In this document: positions 13,149 to 25,590 of the stretch, in pieces | Position numbering within the stretch: the first letter of the stretch is position 1 | How the letters are laid out: the number at the start of each line of letters is the position of its first letter | Source: the human T2T-CHM13v2.0 reference genome, Homo sapiens | Direction: 5' to 3' | Assembly: GCA_009914755.4 (NCBI GenBank) | Contig: CP068257.2 | Location: forward strand, 23,840,001-23,904,000 | DNA: 64,000 nucleotides | Made by a program: the position numbers and the translations under genes | The notes under the pieces: generated by a model | Seen by the model: only the letters and a program-made list of their open reading frames with translations | The model's database searches: none | Told to the model about the DNA's origin: nothing

Positions 13149-14083
13149 TCAAAATTCTGCTCAATTTTTCCTCAATTTTCTTCAAAGTACATCCACCTCT
13201 TTCTCTCCAGGACTCAAATGCACACAACCTAGCCCCTGGTAATTCAAAGCCCTCCTTGAAAAATACTCCATCTAGACCAAGCTTCTCCCCATCATAGATC
13301 CTCTCCTTTGAATCTTTACAAAATTTACTTGTGCTATGTTTCATTTCACTTAATGTAAAAAAAATGTAATCCTTTCTAATAGGTAATAATGAGTGAACTT
13401 TTTCAGATAACATTTCTGATTTTAACAGAGCCTTCTGAATTCTGCTTTAAGCCTAGTGAAGTGACACAGTGGTATAAACTTCCAGCACTATATTTGCCAA
13501 CTGAGAGATGTTTTCAATCAGAAAAATATTGTCATTCTCAATCACAGCAATTATATGACTGTCCACTCTACTCTGAATATTTAGGAGCTGTAAATTGCAA
13601 AACAGAAAATAATTCTCTTTTCTACTCTTTCATCTCCAAATAAAGGGAAAAAATGGAGAACTAAAAGAAGGAATATGTTTTGATTCTTCTGTTGGATTTT
13701 AATTTCCCCTGGGAATGGTCAGGAAGCTGCTATGTGCAAGCCATCCTCCTCTATTTTGAAAAACTCTGTATTTTCCAATACTCTATAAGTCAATGAGATA
13801 GTTCCCTCCCCAACCCCCACCTTGAATTTCCCTTATTGACTCCAGGGGCAACCACATGGTACACATGCATATATGTACACAAGTGTGCACACTCCAATGA
13901 ACACATATGCATAGGCTGCATTGCCATCCCTATGCTAGCATATAGCATATTTCCTCAAATTAAAAAAAAAAAAACTAGTTCTGATGCCCCAAAATGCAGA
14001 ATCTGAACCTCAGTGGTAGCCTTGGAATTACAAAAAAAAGAAATTAATTAAAAACAGAGACCAGTCTCAGTTACAGAATCTCA

Positions 14084-14434
<351 letters not shown>

Positions 14435-16318
14435 TGTAAGTAAAGTAATATCCCAAGCTCTGTTTAGAAGACCAGCTACCCCTGTAGTGGTATGCTGTTG
14501 CAACCAACTGAATAACTCACTTAATCTGCACTTGTACTTTAGTGCAAAATGGTAGTGGGAGTGTAATCAGTAGAGAGAAGTGAGTCTTTGACTGTAGGAA
14601 ATTATTGAGTGGTGGTTAACCCCAAAGGTCCAAACCCCTGACCTTCTCCCTCCAAAGGCATCTGGCCTGCTGAACATTGACAATGGCATAGACCCATTAG
14701 GGTTTAACACCCTCCCACTGGATCAGGGTGTTCCAGGCATTTTCTGGCACTGGATATTCCCCCAAAACAGCAGCATCAATACATCCAGATAGAACCAATG
14801 CCAACTTTTCCTAGAACACACATACCAGTCATGGGACGGGGAAGGAATGTAAATTCTTGCCATCATAAAATCACAAAAAGATGACTGGGAAACATTCTAA
14901 AGATTGGTTTCAAGCTGTATCTGATGATGCAAACCCGCACTAATCAATGACTCAGAAAGTCTCAGATACAAGTGATTGCTCATGCACAAAAAAGCATTTC
15001 CAAGGGAGCTGAATCCATTGAGACTGAAGAATAGATCAGGATATCCAATATAGATCTTTCAGCTGCCTTTGATCTCTGGGCAGAAAGGACTGTTTAACAC
15101 ACTTTTTAAGCTTCTTCAATATTTGGGAATTCTTATGGATAACCTATACGTGGGTACCCTCTAGTCACTAGATTCTTCAATTCCCCAGTGTGGCCAGGTG
15201 GGCTCATTAGACAAGAGCCAAATGTTATCAGTCTCACATAGCACAGTTCAACGCCTCCACACTGACCAGGCGGTCTGTCTTGCTCAGCCTCCTAATTCCT
15301 CCTGGCAGAAGTGCAGAAGTTCTCCTTGGCCCCACTCACCACATTTACACACAAACCTTGGTGCCTTCCACACATTTGCTCTTCAATCCAACCGAAAACA
15401 GTCTCACTCTTTCGTGGATGTCTGCAACGTGAAGAGAAGTACAGGATAGGACTCTGGCTGCTGAACCTGTGCAGAAAAGAAAAAATCAAGTTGAATTTCT
15501 GCACACCCACAGCTCAAGGCAGTACTGCCCATGATCTGGACAAGAGGTCCCCCGTTCTGCACCCTGTGCTCACTCTAGCCCCCTTCCTGCCACACGCCAC
15601 ACCAGAAAGCAAGAAGCTTATGGAGCCAAACTTGTCATGTGGAAGCTGTGCCTCCTTTTGTAGACCCTGCACTGGGAATCTGGACCCTGGATTTTCCTGC
15701 CCAGACATCCTTGAACCCACTTCCAAGGCTGGAATGGAACGTTTCACCAGGTGTGCCTCCTAAAAGTGGATGGCACTGGTCATTTGCTCATCCCAGGCCA
15801 GAGGAGTGGCTAAGGAGCTGCTGTATTTAAGGACTATGGACCCAGCTCTGGAGTATGACCTGGAGTGTCCATACACATAGAGGGAGATCTCTCTCAGTAC
15901 CAGAGGAGCCTAGTGGTGGGGAGAAAAGGGGAGCAGGCAGGGTCCAGGCTCAGTTTTCCCAAAGCTGCCACATTTCATCAAAGAACTCTGAGAAGCTTGA
16001 CAGTCAAAAATTTGCACATAGCCTCCCAGGTCAACATAAAGGTATATTTGTCAAGATAAGAGAACAGAACAGATTTTATTTAACAGATTACTAGTTTGAG
16101 TTATAATTTTAAAATATTTAAATATATGGTTTGTGGGCTTCAACATGTACTCTTGTTCTAAAGACAATATTGGGCCAGAACTGCTGAAATGTATTTTTGC
16201 TTAATGTTGTTTTCTTCAGAAACCAACTTCTGCAGGGGATCTATTTCTAAGAAGTCTCAAGTTCACAATAAAACTCTTTAAGCCTAGGGCCAACAACATT
16301 GCTCTTCAAAATAGCATG

Positions 16319-17180
16319 ATGGACACTTCTCAAAAGAAGACACATATGCAGTCAACAAACATATGAAGAAAAGCTCAATATCACTGATCATTAGAGAAAT
16401 GCAAATCAAAACCACAATGAGATACCATCTCACACCAATCAGAATGGCTATCATTAAAAGTCAAAAACAACAGATGCTGGCGAGGTTGTGGAGAAAAAAT
16501 GAATGCTTTTACACTGTTGGTGGGAGTGTAAATTAGTTCAACCATTGTGGAAGACAGTGTGGCAATTCCTCAAAGACCTAGAGAGAGAAATACCATGTGA
16601 CCCAACAATCCCATTACTGGATATATACCCAAAGGAATATAAATCATTCATATCAAGACTAGTGCACATGTATGTTCACTGCAGCGCTATTCACAATAGC
16701 AAAGACATGGAATCAACCTAAATGTCAATCAGTGATAGACTAGATAAAGAAAACGTGGTACATATACGCCATGGAATACTATGCAGCCATAAAAAGGAAT
16801 GACATCATGTCCTTTGCAGGAACATTGATGGAGCTGGAGGCCATTATCCTTAGCAAATTAATGCAGGAATAGAAAACCAAATACTGCATGTTCTCACTTA
16901 TAAGTGGGAGCTAAATAATGAGAACAAATGGACACGTGGAAGGGAACAACACACACTGGGGCCTGTCAGAAGGTGGGGGGGTGAGAGGAGGGAGGGCATC
17001 AAGGAGAATAGCTAATGGGTGCTGGGCTTAATACCTAGGGGATGGAATGATCTGTGCAGCAAACCACCATGGCACACATTTACCTATGTAACAAACCTGC
17101 ACATCCTGCACATGTACCCCTGAACTTAAATTTTTAAAAAATAAAATAAAAATATAAAAGTAACAGGATTAAAAAAAATA
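16319..17180 (+). mobile_element. 5'-truncated L1 3' end (L1PA-like, intermediate age) with an A-rich tail and a 12 bp target-site duplication
   Basis: It reads '...cacttctcaaaagaagacacatatgcagtcaacaaacatatgaagaaaagctcaatatcactgatcattagagaaatgcaaatcaaaaccacaatgagataccatctcacaccaatcagaatggctatcattaaaagtcaaaaacaacagatgctggcgaggttgtggagaaa...ccattgtggaagacagtgtggcaattcctcaaagacctagagagagaaataccatgtgacccaacaatcccattactggatatatacccaaaggaatataaatcattc...ccatggaatactatgcagccataaaaaggaatgacatcatgtcctttgcagg...gcacatcctgcacatgtacccctgaacttaaatttttaaaaaataaaataaaaatataaaag'. The duplicated flank 'aaaatagcatga' lies at about 16306–16318 and 17179–17190. Confidence 0.93.
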
Positions 17181-17744
17181 GCATGACGCCCAATAAGCAC
17201 CATTTCCATCAATCCTGATACGTGATGTGCCTCAGGCAATCTCCAGTACTCAATCCTGAATCGGCCACATTCTCTGCTAACCCAACCCTTGTGTCACATT
17301 CTAAGACTCCACTGATATCAAATGCAATTGAATAAAATAAATTCCCATTGTGCTGTGCATCACAGAAACATAGATTGACAGGAATAAAATGAATAATCAT
17401 GTCCACTTTCCACTTCTGCCTCCTCCCATTGAGGAGCATTATGCTATTTAAAATCCTAAGGAAGTCCCAGTTTATTATGAAGCTCAAGGTAACAAGTAAG
17501 AAAGAAATACTAAAAAGGCTAGCTGAGTGGATTTACACTAGAAAGAGCAGAGATATGCTAGAGACATGAAATGATGAATTGGAAAGGAAGCAGGGGAATA
17601 TGAGAAAAACAACTTGAGAGACAGAATTTGGGGATGGGGTCTGGGCAGAGTTGGGAGTGAGAGAGGAGGGAGATTTGGGAGCAGCTGCCATGTGTATGAA
17701 CTATTGAGAAAGACATGCCGTAGTGGATTAAAGATGGCCATAAA

Positions 17745-18610
17745 CATTGCTACTACATCTACCAAGAGGGAGAGTGTAAGTCCATTCCTGCTGCTATAAC
17801 AAAGTACTTTAGACTGAGTATTTATACACAACAGAAATTTATTTCTCACAGTTCTAGAAACTGGAAAGTCCAAGATCAAGATGCTGGCAGACTGAATGTT
17901 TGGCAAAGGCCCATTCCTTATAGACAGTGTCTTCTTTCATGGGAAGGAAGGGACAAATGCTGTGTCCTTACATGAGGGAAGGTGGAAAAAAGGGAACATG
18001 GCTTTTCCTTCAACCTCTTTTATAAGAGAACTAACCCCACAAAGTGCCACCTTCATAACGATCATTTTCCAGAAGGGCCTACCTCTTAATATTGTCACAT
18101 TGGGTCTCAGATTCCCACACGAATTTTGGAGGGACACATTCAGACCATAGCAGAGAGTATCCCTCAACTCCTTTAACTCTGAGATAGCTTGCATATTTGC
18201 TTTGGCCAATAGAACGTGAGGGAAGTGATGTTATGTAACTTCTGAAAGTGGTCCTAAAGAGATCTGAAGGTGCCTTTTTCATGTACTTGGAGGACTCCCT
18301 CTTAGAACTGAGCTCCCATGCTGTGAGAAGCCCAAGCCTCGTTGAGTAGCCATAGTAAGGAAAACTGAGACATTCTGATGGACAATCTCAGTTGTGCTCC
18401 TGGCTGCCAACTGCCAACCATGGGAATGAGCCATCTTGGGTGTTCCAGCCCAAATGAGCCTCCAAAAGACTGAGCCCCAGCCAACTGCACAAGAACTGAA
18501 ATCACCCAATTGATCTCATCAACCCATAGAATTGCACTAGATAATAGCCAGTGATTGATATTTTCAGTCACTGATTTGAGGGTGGTTTGCTACACAGCAA
18601 TAGATAATGA
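17745..18610 (+). mobile_element. MLT1-type (ERVL-MaLR) LTR
   Basis: The start is 'ctgctgctataacaaagtactttagactgagtatttatacacaacagaaatttatttctcacagttctagaaactggaaagtccaagatcaagatgctggcag...' and it ends with '...gattgatattttcagtcactgatttgagggtggtttgctacacagcaatagataatga'. This matches the MLT1 architecture, where the consensus starts 'tgctataacaaaataccacagactgggtggcttaaacaacagaaatttattctctcacagttctggaggctagaagtccaagatcaaggtg...' and ends '...ttttaagccactaagtttggggtggtttgttacgcagcaatagataactaatacag'. Confidence 0.7.
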
Positions 18611-19487
18611 AAAGATGGGGAAAGAGGATTTTAAGACATTTCACTGGGCATTATGGATATATTCTCTTTATTGTGTGTTCTCAAGAGATTATAAGAAAAT
18701 TAATTTCCTTTTCAATTATTTCTGCACATCAGCTTAGCGTTGAGATGAAGTGGATAAAGACACATAGGTTTCTTATGGAATATACGTGTAATGCCAACCA
18801 GAAGTTCTGAAATAATTAGCACAGAAATCATGCTTTTCATACACATGCAGTAAAATCTAGATTTTCATGCTAACATTCAAAAGAATTTTTTTAAAAATAC
18901 AGCAAATTTAAAAAGAAAATATACCTTGGAGAAAAATCTCCAATGACTCATAAAATTTGAAATAACTAAAAATTGTCAAAATTCCGTGGCTAGCTCCATA
19001 TTTCTCTCCAAAAACCACTACCCACCAACCCCCTTTAACTGTAAACCATGTAGAAACTAAGGATCTCCAAATGGTGTACTATCCTTAACAGAACACCCAG
19101 GTTCAGCATCTAGACCTACTATAAATATCTGTTAACAAAACCTGGGCTCCTCAGCATGTCAGTCTCTCAAAGAACCACATGTTAACATATTTGAGAGAGG
19201 TTTAAAGCACTCAGACAGCCATCCCATTCTAGTTGAGGTGACCATCGTACACTGTGGGACTCCTTCCTCTCTAACCAATCATTTTGGCTTGGAAACACCC
19301 ACAGCTGCTGTGAGTCCGTTCTCTTTAACAACAATATGCAATGCTGCCAAGTTTGGATTGAGTGGGGTTGTTACTTTCTATATGCAATTCAGATCTCTGG
19401 CATATTTGCATCCTAGACTATCCCACCTACATGGTTTAAAGATATTTAACTTTAGTCATAGCAGAGCCAGATAAGCATTTAGCCACT

Positions 19488-19935
19488 GTATTAGTTCATT
19501 TTCATGAACACTGTATTAGTTCATTTTCATGCTGCCAATAAAGACATACCCAAGACTGGGTAATTTATAAAGGAAAGAGGTTTAATTGATTCACAGTTCC
19601 TCATGGCTGAAGAGTCCTCAGGAAACTTACATCATGGCAGAAAGGGAAGGAAACATATCCTTCTTTACATGGCAACAGAAAGGAGAAGTGCAGAGTGAAG
19701 CTGGGGAAGCCCTTTATAAAACCATCAGATCTTGTGAGAACTCACTATCATGAGAACAGCATGGAGATTTCAGTTGGAACACAGCCAAACCACATCCTTC
19801 CACCCCTGGCCCATCCCAAATCTCACGTCCTCACATTTCAAAACCAATCATGCCTTCCCAATAGTCCCCAAAGTCTTAACTCATTTCAGCATTAACTCAA
19901 AAGACCACAGTCCAATGTCTCATCTAAAAAAATGA
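19488..19935 (-). mobile_element. THE1-like MaLR LTR, about 300 bp, carrying an internal 25 bp tandem duplication at its end and followed by about 130 bp of the adjacent internal sequence
   Basis: The LTR reads 'ctgtattagttcattttcatgaacactgtattagttcattttcatgctgccaataaagacatacccaagactgggtaatttataaaggaaagaggtttaattgattcacagttcctcatggctgaagagtcctcaggaaacttacatcatggcagaaagggaag...ccatcagatcttgtgagaactcactatcatgagaacagcatgg'. The internal piece, '...cccaaatctcacgtcctcacatttcaaaaccaatcatgccttcccaatagtccccaaagtcttaactcatttcagcattaactcaaaagaccacagtccaatgtctcatc', is the same that follows the left LTR of the full element at 61003–63768. Confidence 0.75.
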
Positions 19936-20272
19936 AAAGACATACCAGAGACTGGGTAAGACTAAGTAACTTATAAAGGAAAGAGGTTTAATTGACTCAC
20001 AGTTCCACATCACTGAGGAGGCCTCACAATCATGGTGGAAGGTAATGAGTGAGCAAAGCCACACCTTACATGGCAGCAGGCAATGGAGCTTGTGCAGGGG
20101 AACTCCCATTTATAAAACCATCAGATCTAGTGAGAATTACTCACTACCATGAGAACAGTATATGGGAAACATCCCCATGATTCAATTGTCTCCACCTGGC
20201 CCCCACCCTTGACACATGGGAATTATTACAATTTAAGGTGAGATTTGGGTGGGGACATAGCCAAACAATATC
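19936..20272 (-). mobile_element. THE1-like MaLR LTR forming the second LTR of the 19488–20272 pair
   Basis: '...gagactgggtaagactaagtaacttataaaggaaagaggtttaattgactcacagttccacatcactgaggaggcctcacaatcatggtggaagg...catttataaaaccatcagatctagtgagaattactcactaccatgagaacag...cccatgattcaattgtctccacctggcccccacccttgacacatgggaattattacaatttaaggtgagatttgggtggggacatagccaaacaatatca' is the reverse complement of the THE1-type LTR 'tgatatggtttggctgtgtccccacccaaatctcatcttgaattgtag...'. Confidence 0.8.
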
Positions 20273-21210
20273 ACACATCTTCTTTCAAGCAGAAATTGTG
20301 GGTTTGAGGCTGAATCAATGTATTTGTCCACCCATCAGATGAACTACTTGGTGGTATTATAGAAAACCTAGTCTCTCTTCTCCATGAGCAGAATGGCTGC
20401 ATCTCCAACTCCAGAGGTTCTAGATCCTGACCCAAACTTCATGGTCCACAGGAATCAACTGGAGTTTAGAAGATCCAGACACTGCCTCATATACTGATTT
20501 CTGCAAAAATGAACCAATCATTTCCTCAGTCACCTCCAGGAAAGCACCATCAATAACTGGATCGTATGTAATCCAACCACAAACTGAACTATCTCTTTGA
20601 ATGGTAGAAACACCTCAATGCATAATGTAGGCTTTAACTAGAACCTTAGACACGGTATCAGAATAAGGCTACTAACTTGGTTCCTCCTCAAATCAATTTT
20701 ATTTAAATATTTGTTCAACATTCCCTTAGCAGGAATATGATGATATTAAATTTCCATTCTCAAAAATTATATAAAACATATATATATAGTGTGTTTTATT
20801 TAAATGAGAAAATTTATTTAAAACATATATGAAACCATTTGCTATGTAAATAAAGTAAACCACATGTTCCTGGTAAACTGCACTACAGTGTGCCTTAATT
20901 GGGCGACATGTATAAAGCCATCATTCATATTAGAGTTTCAGTCAAGGAATTAAGTCCAACAACTTCAATAACTCAAGTTTGTCACCTGCTGTATCAGTTA
21001 GGATTGCATTTGATTGAGTGGCTTAATTATACTATACTGGCTTTTTTAAAATTACAAAGAGACTATGTACAGAGTGGTTTAAATTATTAAAGTATTGTGG
21101 TTAATCCCAGTCTCCCCACTGATTTGTACTAAATCTCTGCCCTGCTCTGTTTCCCAAGAGGCTGACCTTCATGGGCAGCCATACTCAAGATCTTCTGCCC
21201 TCTGGCTTAG

Positions 21211-21585
21211 GTGATGAAATGGTTAGGCTTTGTGTCCCTACCCAAATCTCATCATGAATTGTAATCCCCAGGTATTCAGGGAGAGACCTGGTGGGAAATG
21301 ATGGGATTATGGGGGTGGTTTCCCCCATGCTGTTCTCATGATAGTCAGTAAATTCTCATGAGATATGGATGGCTATAGTGTTTGGCAAGTTCCTCCTTCG
21401 CTCACTGTTCTCTCTCCTGCCACCCTGTGAAGAAGGTCCTTGCTTTCCCTTTGCCTTCAGCCATAATTGTAAGTTTCCTGAGGCCTCCCCAGCCATGTGG
21501 AACTGTGAGTCAATTAAACCTCCTTCCTTTATAAATTACCCAGTCTCATGTAGTATCTTATAGCAGTGTAAGAATGGGCTAATAG
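21211..21585 (+). mobile_element. THE1-like MaLR solo LTR
   Basis: 'tgaaatggttaggctttgtgtccctacccaaatctcatcatgaattgtaatccccaggtattcagggagagacctggtgggaaatgatgggattatgggggtggtttcccccatgctgttctcatgatagtcagtaaattctcatgagat...gccttcagccataattgtaagtttcctgaggcctccccagccatgtggaactgtgagtcaattaaacctccttcctttataaattacccagtctcatgtagtatcttatagcagtgtaagaatgggctaat' is collinear with the THE1 LTR consensus. Confidence 0.8.
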
Positions 21586-21837
21586 AGGTGGGAAGAGAAA
21601 GGATCACATATTGATCTCCCATAGTGTCTTCCCCACCACTCCCATGCCTCCTGCCCTTATTGGCACAGCTGTAATTCTGGCAATTACTTTCTTCTATAGC
21701 CACAAGTTTTATGAGGCAGCTCCTCTTCTCTGACTCAAGTTCTTGCTGGCTCCAGTGAACACTGTTTCCTTCCTTAATCCTTCTCACTTCCCAGCATTTC
21801 TAGTCCTTGGGTGTTGTATCATCTCTTATTAATTCCT

Positions 21838-22265
21838 ATAATGGTTAATTTTATGCATATATTTGGTTGCGCCATGGGATGCCCAGGTATTTGGTCAAAC
21901 TTTATTACAGGTTTTCTGTGAAGGTGTTTCTGGATGAGATTAATGTTTAAATCAGTAAACTGTGTAAAGTGGATGATCCTCCATAATGTGGGTGGCTCTC
22001 ATCCAATCATTTGAAGTCCTGCACAGAACAAAAGACTGACCCTTCCCAAGGAACAGAGAATTCTCCTTCCTGACAGCCTTCAAACTGAAACATCAGCCTT
22101 TTGTGGCTCTACGGTAGCCATCCAGCCTTTGGACTGGAACTAGGACATTGGCTCTGCAAACTTTGGACTTGCCAGCTTCCACAATCGTGTGAGCAATTCC
22201 TTATAATAAACCTCTTTTTAAAAATCTTCTATTGGTTCCATTTCTCTGGAGAACCCTGAAATATA
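21838..22265 (+). mobile_element. MST-type MaLR solo LTR
   Basis: It reads 'aatggttaattttatgcatatatttggttgcgccatgggatgcccaggtatttggtcaaactttattacaggttttctgtgaaggtgtttctggatgagattaatgtttaaatcagtaaactgtgtaaagtggatgatcctccataatgtgggtggctctcatccaatcatttgaagtcctgcacagaacaaaagactgacccttcccaaggaacagagaattctcc...ccacaatcgtgtgagcaattccttataataaacctcttt...ctattggttccatttctctggagaaccctgaaata'. It matches the MSTA/B consensus, which begins '...atggggtgcccagatatttggttaaacattattctgggtgtgtctgtgagggtgtttctggatgagattaacatttgaatcggtagactgagtaaagcagattgccctccctaatgtgggtgggcctcatccaatcagttgaaggcctgaatagaacaaaaaggctgacc' and ends 'ctattggttctgtttctctggagaaccctgactaataca'. Confidence 0.8.
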
Positions 22266-22586
22266 GTTCCCTTATTCTTGTTACTATCTCTATAAATAGT
22301 CTCTTCATTGAATTATTTTTTGAAGTGTTTTGGTCCTTCACCTGTGTCTGCCAGAACACTACATGACACATAAGGTTTTTCTTTCGTCTTCACAATGTTC
22401 AAAGGTAGGCAATCAGGTTCAATGCAGAAGTCCACAGTGTTGCTCCTTCTGTCTCCCTATTTTGCCATCCTTGGCAAGTGACTTTCATTAACATACTTCC
22501 AGGATACTCCATGTTCTAGAGGAATAAAATGTGAAGGGACTGAGAGCTTTCTCTTACAAGGTGTTACTCAGAAATGTAATTTTATG

Positions 22587-22860
22587 CCAGCACCTTGGGT
22601 GGCTGAGGTGGGAGGATCACTTGAGCTCAGAAGTGCAAGACCAGCCTGGGCAACACAGTGAGACCCTTCTCTACTAAAAAAAAAAAAAATCAGCTGGGTG
22701 CGGTGGCATGCACCTGCAGTCCCAGGTACTCAGGAGGCTAAGGCAGGAAGGTCATTTGAGCCCAGGAGATTGAGGCTGCAGTGACTTATAATAGCACTAC
22801 TGCACTTCAGCCTGGACAACAGAGTGAGACCCTGTCTCTAAAAACAGCAACAACAACAAA
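22587..22860 (+). mobile_element. Alu SINE, old and diverged, slightly 5'-truncated
   Basis: 'gccagcaccttgggtggctgaggtgggaggatcacttgagctcagaagtgcaagaccagcctgggcaacacagtgagacccttctctactaaaaaaaaaaaaaatcagctgggtgcggtggcatgcacctgcagtcccaggtactcaggaggctaaggcaggaaggtcatttgagcccaggagattgaggctgcagtgacttataatagcactactgcacttcagcctggacaacagagtgagaccctgtctctaaaaacagcaacaacaacaaaa'. Confidence 0.92.
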
Positions 22861-25394
22861 ATGTAATTTTAACCACTGCCGCCTTACCCCCAATATACTT
22901 TAGCCCATACTTTACTGTCCAAAATCTTGCCCATGGGCACTCCTACCTGCAAGGGAGCTGGAGATATTGAGCGTTTTGTTTTCTAGTCTTAAGATAGAGA
23001 AAGGCAAGGAATGAAGGAGCTAGTCAGGGGGTCAGAAGGCTCACCCTCAACACCTGCCACATTTGCTCTTCTTGAACCTCATATCCATTTTCCTCCTATG
23101 CCACCACTGCTCTCATATGTCTTTTAACACATTTTCTTAAAAGGGAGAAAAAAGCCTTTTCCCCTGACCCAATTGCAAAATTATTTTCCTTTCTGCCATC
23201 ATCCTTGACTTCTGATTCTGCATCACAAAAGCCAAAACACAAATTCTTCTGTCACAGCAGCCCCCTTCAAAGGATGCAGAGAGAACATGATGGACCAGAG
23301 AAACCAGAATCTTCTTAGCAGGTAGAAGGAAATGAAAGTCTAGGAACACACAGACATTAATACTTTGCATGCCATTTTATCTGGTTTCAGAATTTTGGCT
23401 GCTGACAACCGCCAGCTCCAGACAACTATCAAGTGTCTGGTCTTAGAGCTGGTGACACCACCTGTAGTTACATTATGTAATTTGCACTTACACATCACCA
23501 AAATTCTAAACAGAAATTAAAAAATACATAATATATGTACATTTATATAATTTTTTATCTCAAAATTTCTAACATCATATGGTCACACACGGCTGCCTCA
23601 CCCCCCTGAGCATCATATTCATGTTCCAGATAGGCTTTGTTAAATAGAGGAAGCTCTCCCCCAGTTCCCGGGAAGAGACACAAATTTATACATTACCAAT
23701 TATTACATACTACTAACTGCTTAGGGTGTGGTCTGAAGACATCTGAGTTAACTGGCACCAAAATTCCAACAGCAATTCAATGACCCTATAATCAGCTCTC
23801 TAGGCAGTTGCTTCCTAGCACTTAAGGAGTAAAAGACTATCGAAGAACGACAACAACAACAAAATCAGTATTCAGAGAGAAATGTAAGACAACCAGGGGA
23901 GAAAGATAGACCTTCACTGTTGAATCATCTCTAACTTGTGATACACTTCCCAGACATCTTAGCCTTCCTTCAGTATTTCCCTCCTAGGAGCAGCCTCAAT
24001 ACTTAGATACTAAGATGGACAGTTCAGTGACACTGACCTGAAATATTCTGAGGTCAGCACTGAAAAAAGACTTCCTCTATTTTCAAAGATCATTGCATTG
24101 CTTTCAATATAATGACCTAAAAGATATTTGGAAATTAGTTTAGAGGATCAGAAGCCCTTTAGAAAAGGTGATGCTCTATTTTGTAAGTAAATATATTTTG
24201 ATCTTCCCATTATAAATCTTTATATCACGTTGTCTTAGTGTTTCTTAGAATGGTTGTTCTATCGAATACCAGAACATATCAAATAAGCATTCAACCTAAA
24301 TAAATACTTTTGGATCATTTCTGTCAGTATTTTACATTTTCAGTCATACTTCATAAGCCTAATCACAACCTTTGAGTTCAAATAATAATATTATGAATCA
24401 ATTTAACATAATGCTTAATACTTATTAAATTTAATAAACAATTGTTAACATTGTAAGCCAGATAACTTCACTTTATAAACAGGAAAGAAGCCATGCTATT
24501 GGAATCCATACATATTCCTTCAAATCTGTACCTCAATTTATTGTTTTTATGCCTACACACTTCAATCGTTACTAAAAACCAGCTGCTTTCCGTGTATATA
24601 CCATGCCGCTCCTCCTTAAATCAATTGCAGCTTCTCTTGATTAACCAATGGTAGAATGATTCACTATGTCAATAAATATTCTGAATCATAGAACAATGTA
24701 GAGGACGTGGCAGACAGCTGCTGAACATATTTAAACCTCATATTTCAGTTTAAAAAGGCACGTATCCTAAAGTGCATGTCAGTCTCTGGATAGCAAAATT
24801 ACAGCGATGTAGTTTTCCTCACTTGAAATTTACATTTTAATGAAAGCACTTTCATGTATTAATAGGTAAATCTTTTCAGGCCACTGCCAAGACTCATTGC
24901 TTTGCAATCTCATACTGTTTTAGAGATCCTAGTCCACTACATTAAAAATGTGCTTATAAATGTTAAGCCTCCATAGTATATTTTAAAGGATAGGGAAGTA
25001 TTTTCTCTTTAATAGAACTAGTTTCAACATTGATACATCATTTTTAATTTACAGGAGAAAAGGTATTATCAGAGAGCTTTCTCTCAGTTTATATAGAGGT
25101 AAGACCATTCTTAGCCTCAAATTCAAGACTACTACCTTTCTGAACTCCAGTAGGAACTATAGTCCTACTGTAGGACTATTGACTATAGTCTTAGTTCCAC
25201 CACAAGATTGATGAGAACATTGCAAACAGAGCACTAATAAGTTCCTATTTCTTTGAAAAGGTAGCTGTAAACCTTCAGCACACATGCTAGATGCCAAATA
25301 CTCCCTACTGGCCAAGTCATCAATTGCAACATTGAGTGCCCCCAGTGCAAAAAACAACATGGTATCATCCAAGATCAGTAAAAGCATACATAGT

Positions 25395-25590
25395 TAATGT
25401 AGCTAGCACTTATATAGCACTTTCTTTGTGCCAGGTATTATTATAAATGCTTTACATAAACTGATTCACCTAATCCCCACAAATAACCCTGTATGGTAAG
25501 AACTACTATTGTCCCTATTTTATAGATGAGGAAACCAGGTAAAGAGAAGTTAAGTAACTCTGCTCAGGGTCATCAGCTAGAAATTAGCAG
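25395..25590 (-). mobile_element. MIR SINE
   Basis: 'agcactttctttgtgccaggtattattataaatgctttacataaactgattcacctaatccccacaaataaccctgtatggtaagaactactattgtccctattttatagatgaggaaaccaggtaaagagaagttaagtaactctgctcagggtcatcagctagaaattagcag' is MIR in antisense, showing the signature 'ccattttacagatgaggaaactgaggc.cagagaggttaagtaacttgcccaaggtcacacagctag'. Confidence 0.85.

Noticed and set aside
15311-15763. 150-aa ORF as a novel gene
   Set aside because: It has no recognisable motif. It lies in GC-rich DNA where long accidental ORFs occur in several frames at once, and it has no start-context or splice evidence. It is kept only as a low-interest finding.
21590-21830. Sequence directly after the THE1 LTR at 21211–21585 considered as THE1 internal region (proviral remnant)
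   Set aside because: It does not resemble the MaLR internal start or PBS region seen next to the LTR at 63381 in the full element. It was treated as unrelated flanking DNA, so the LTR was called solo.
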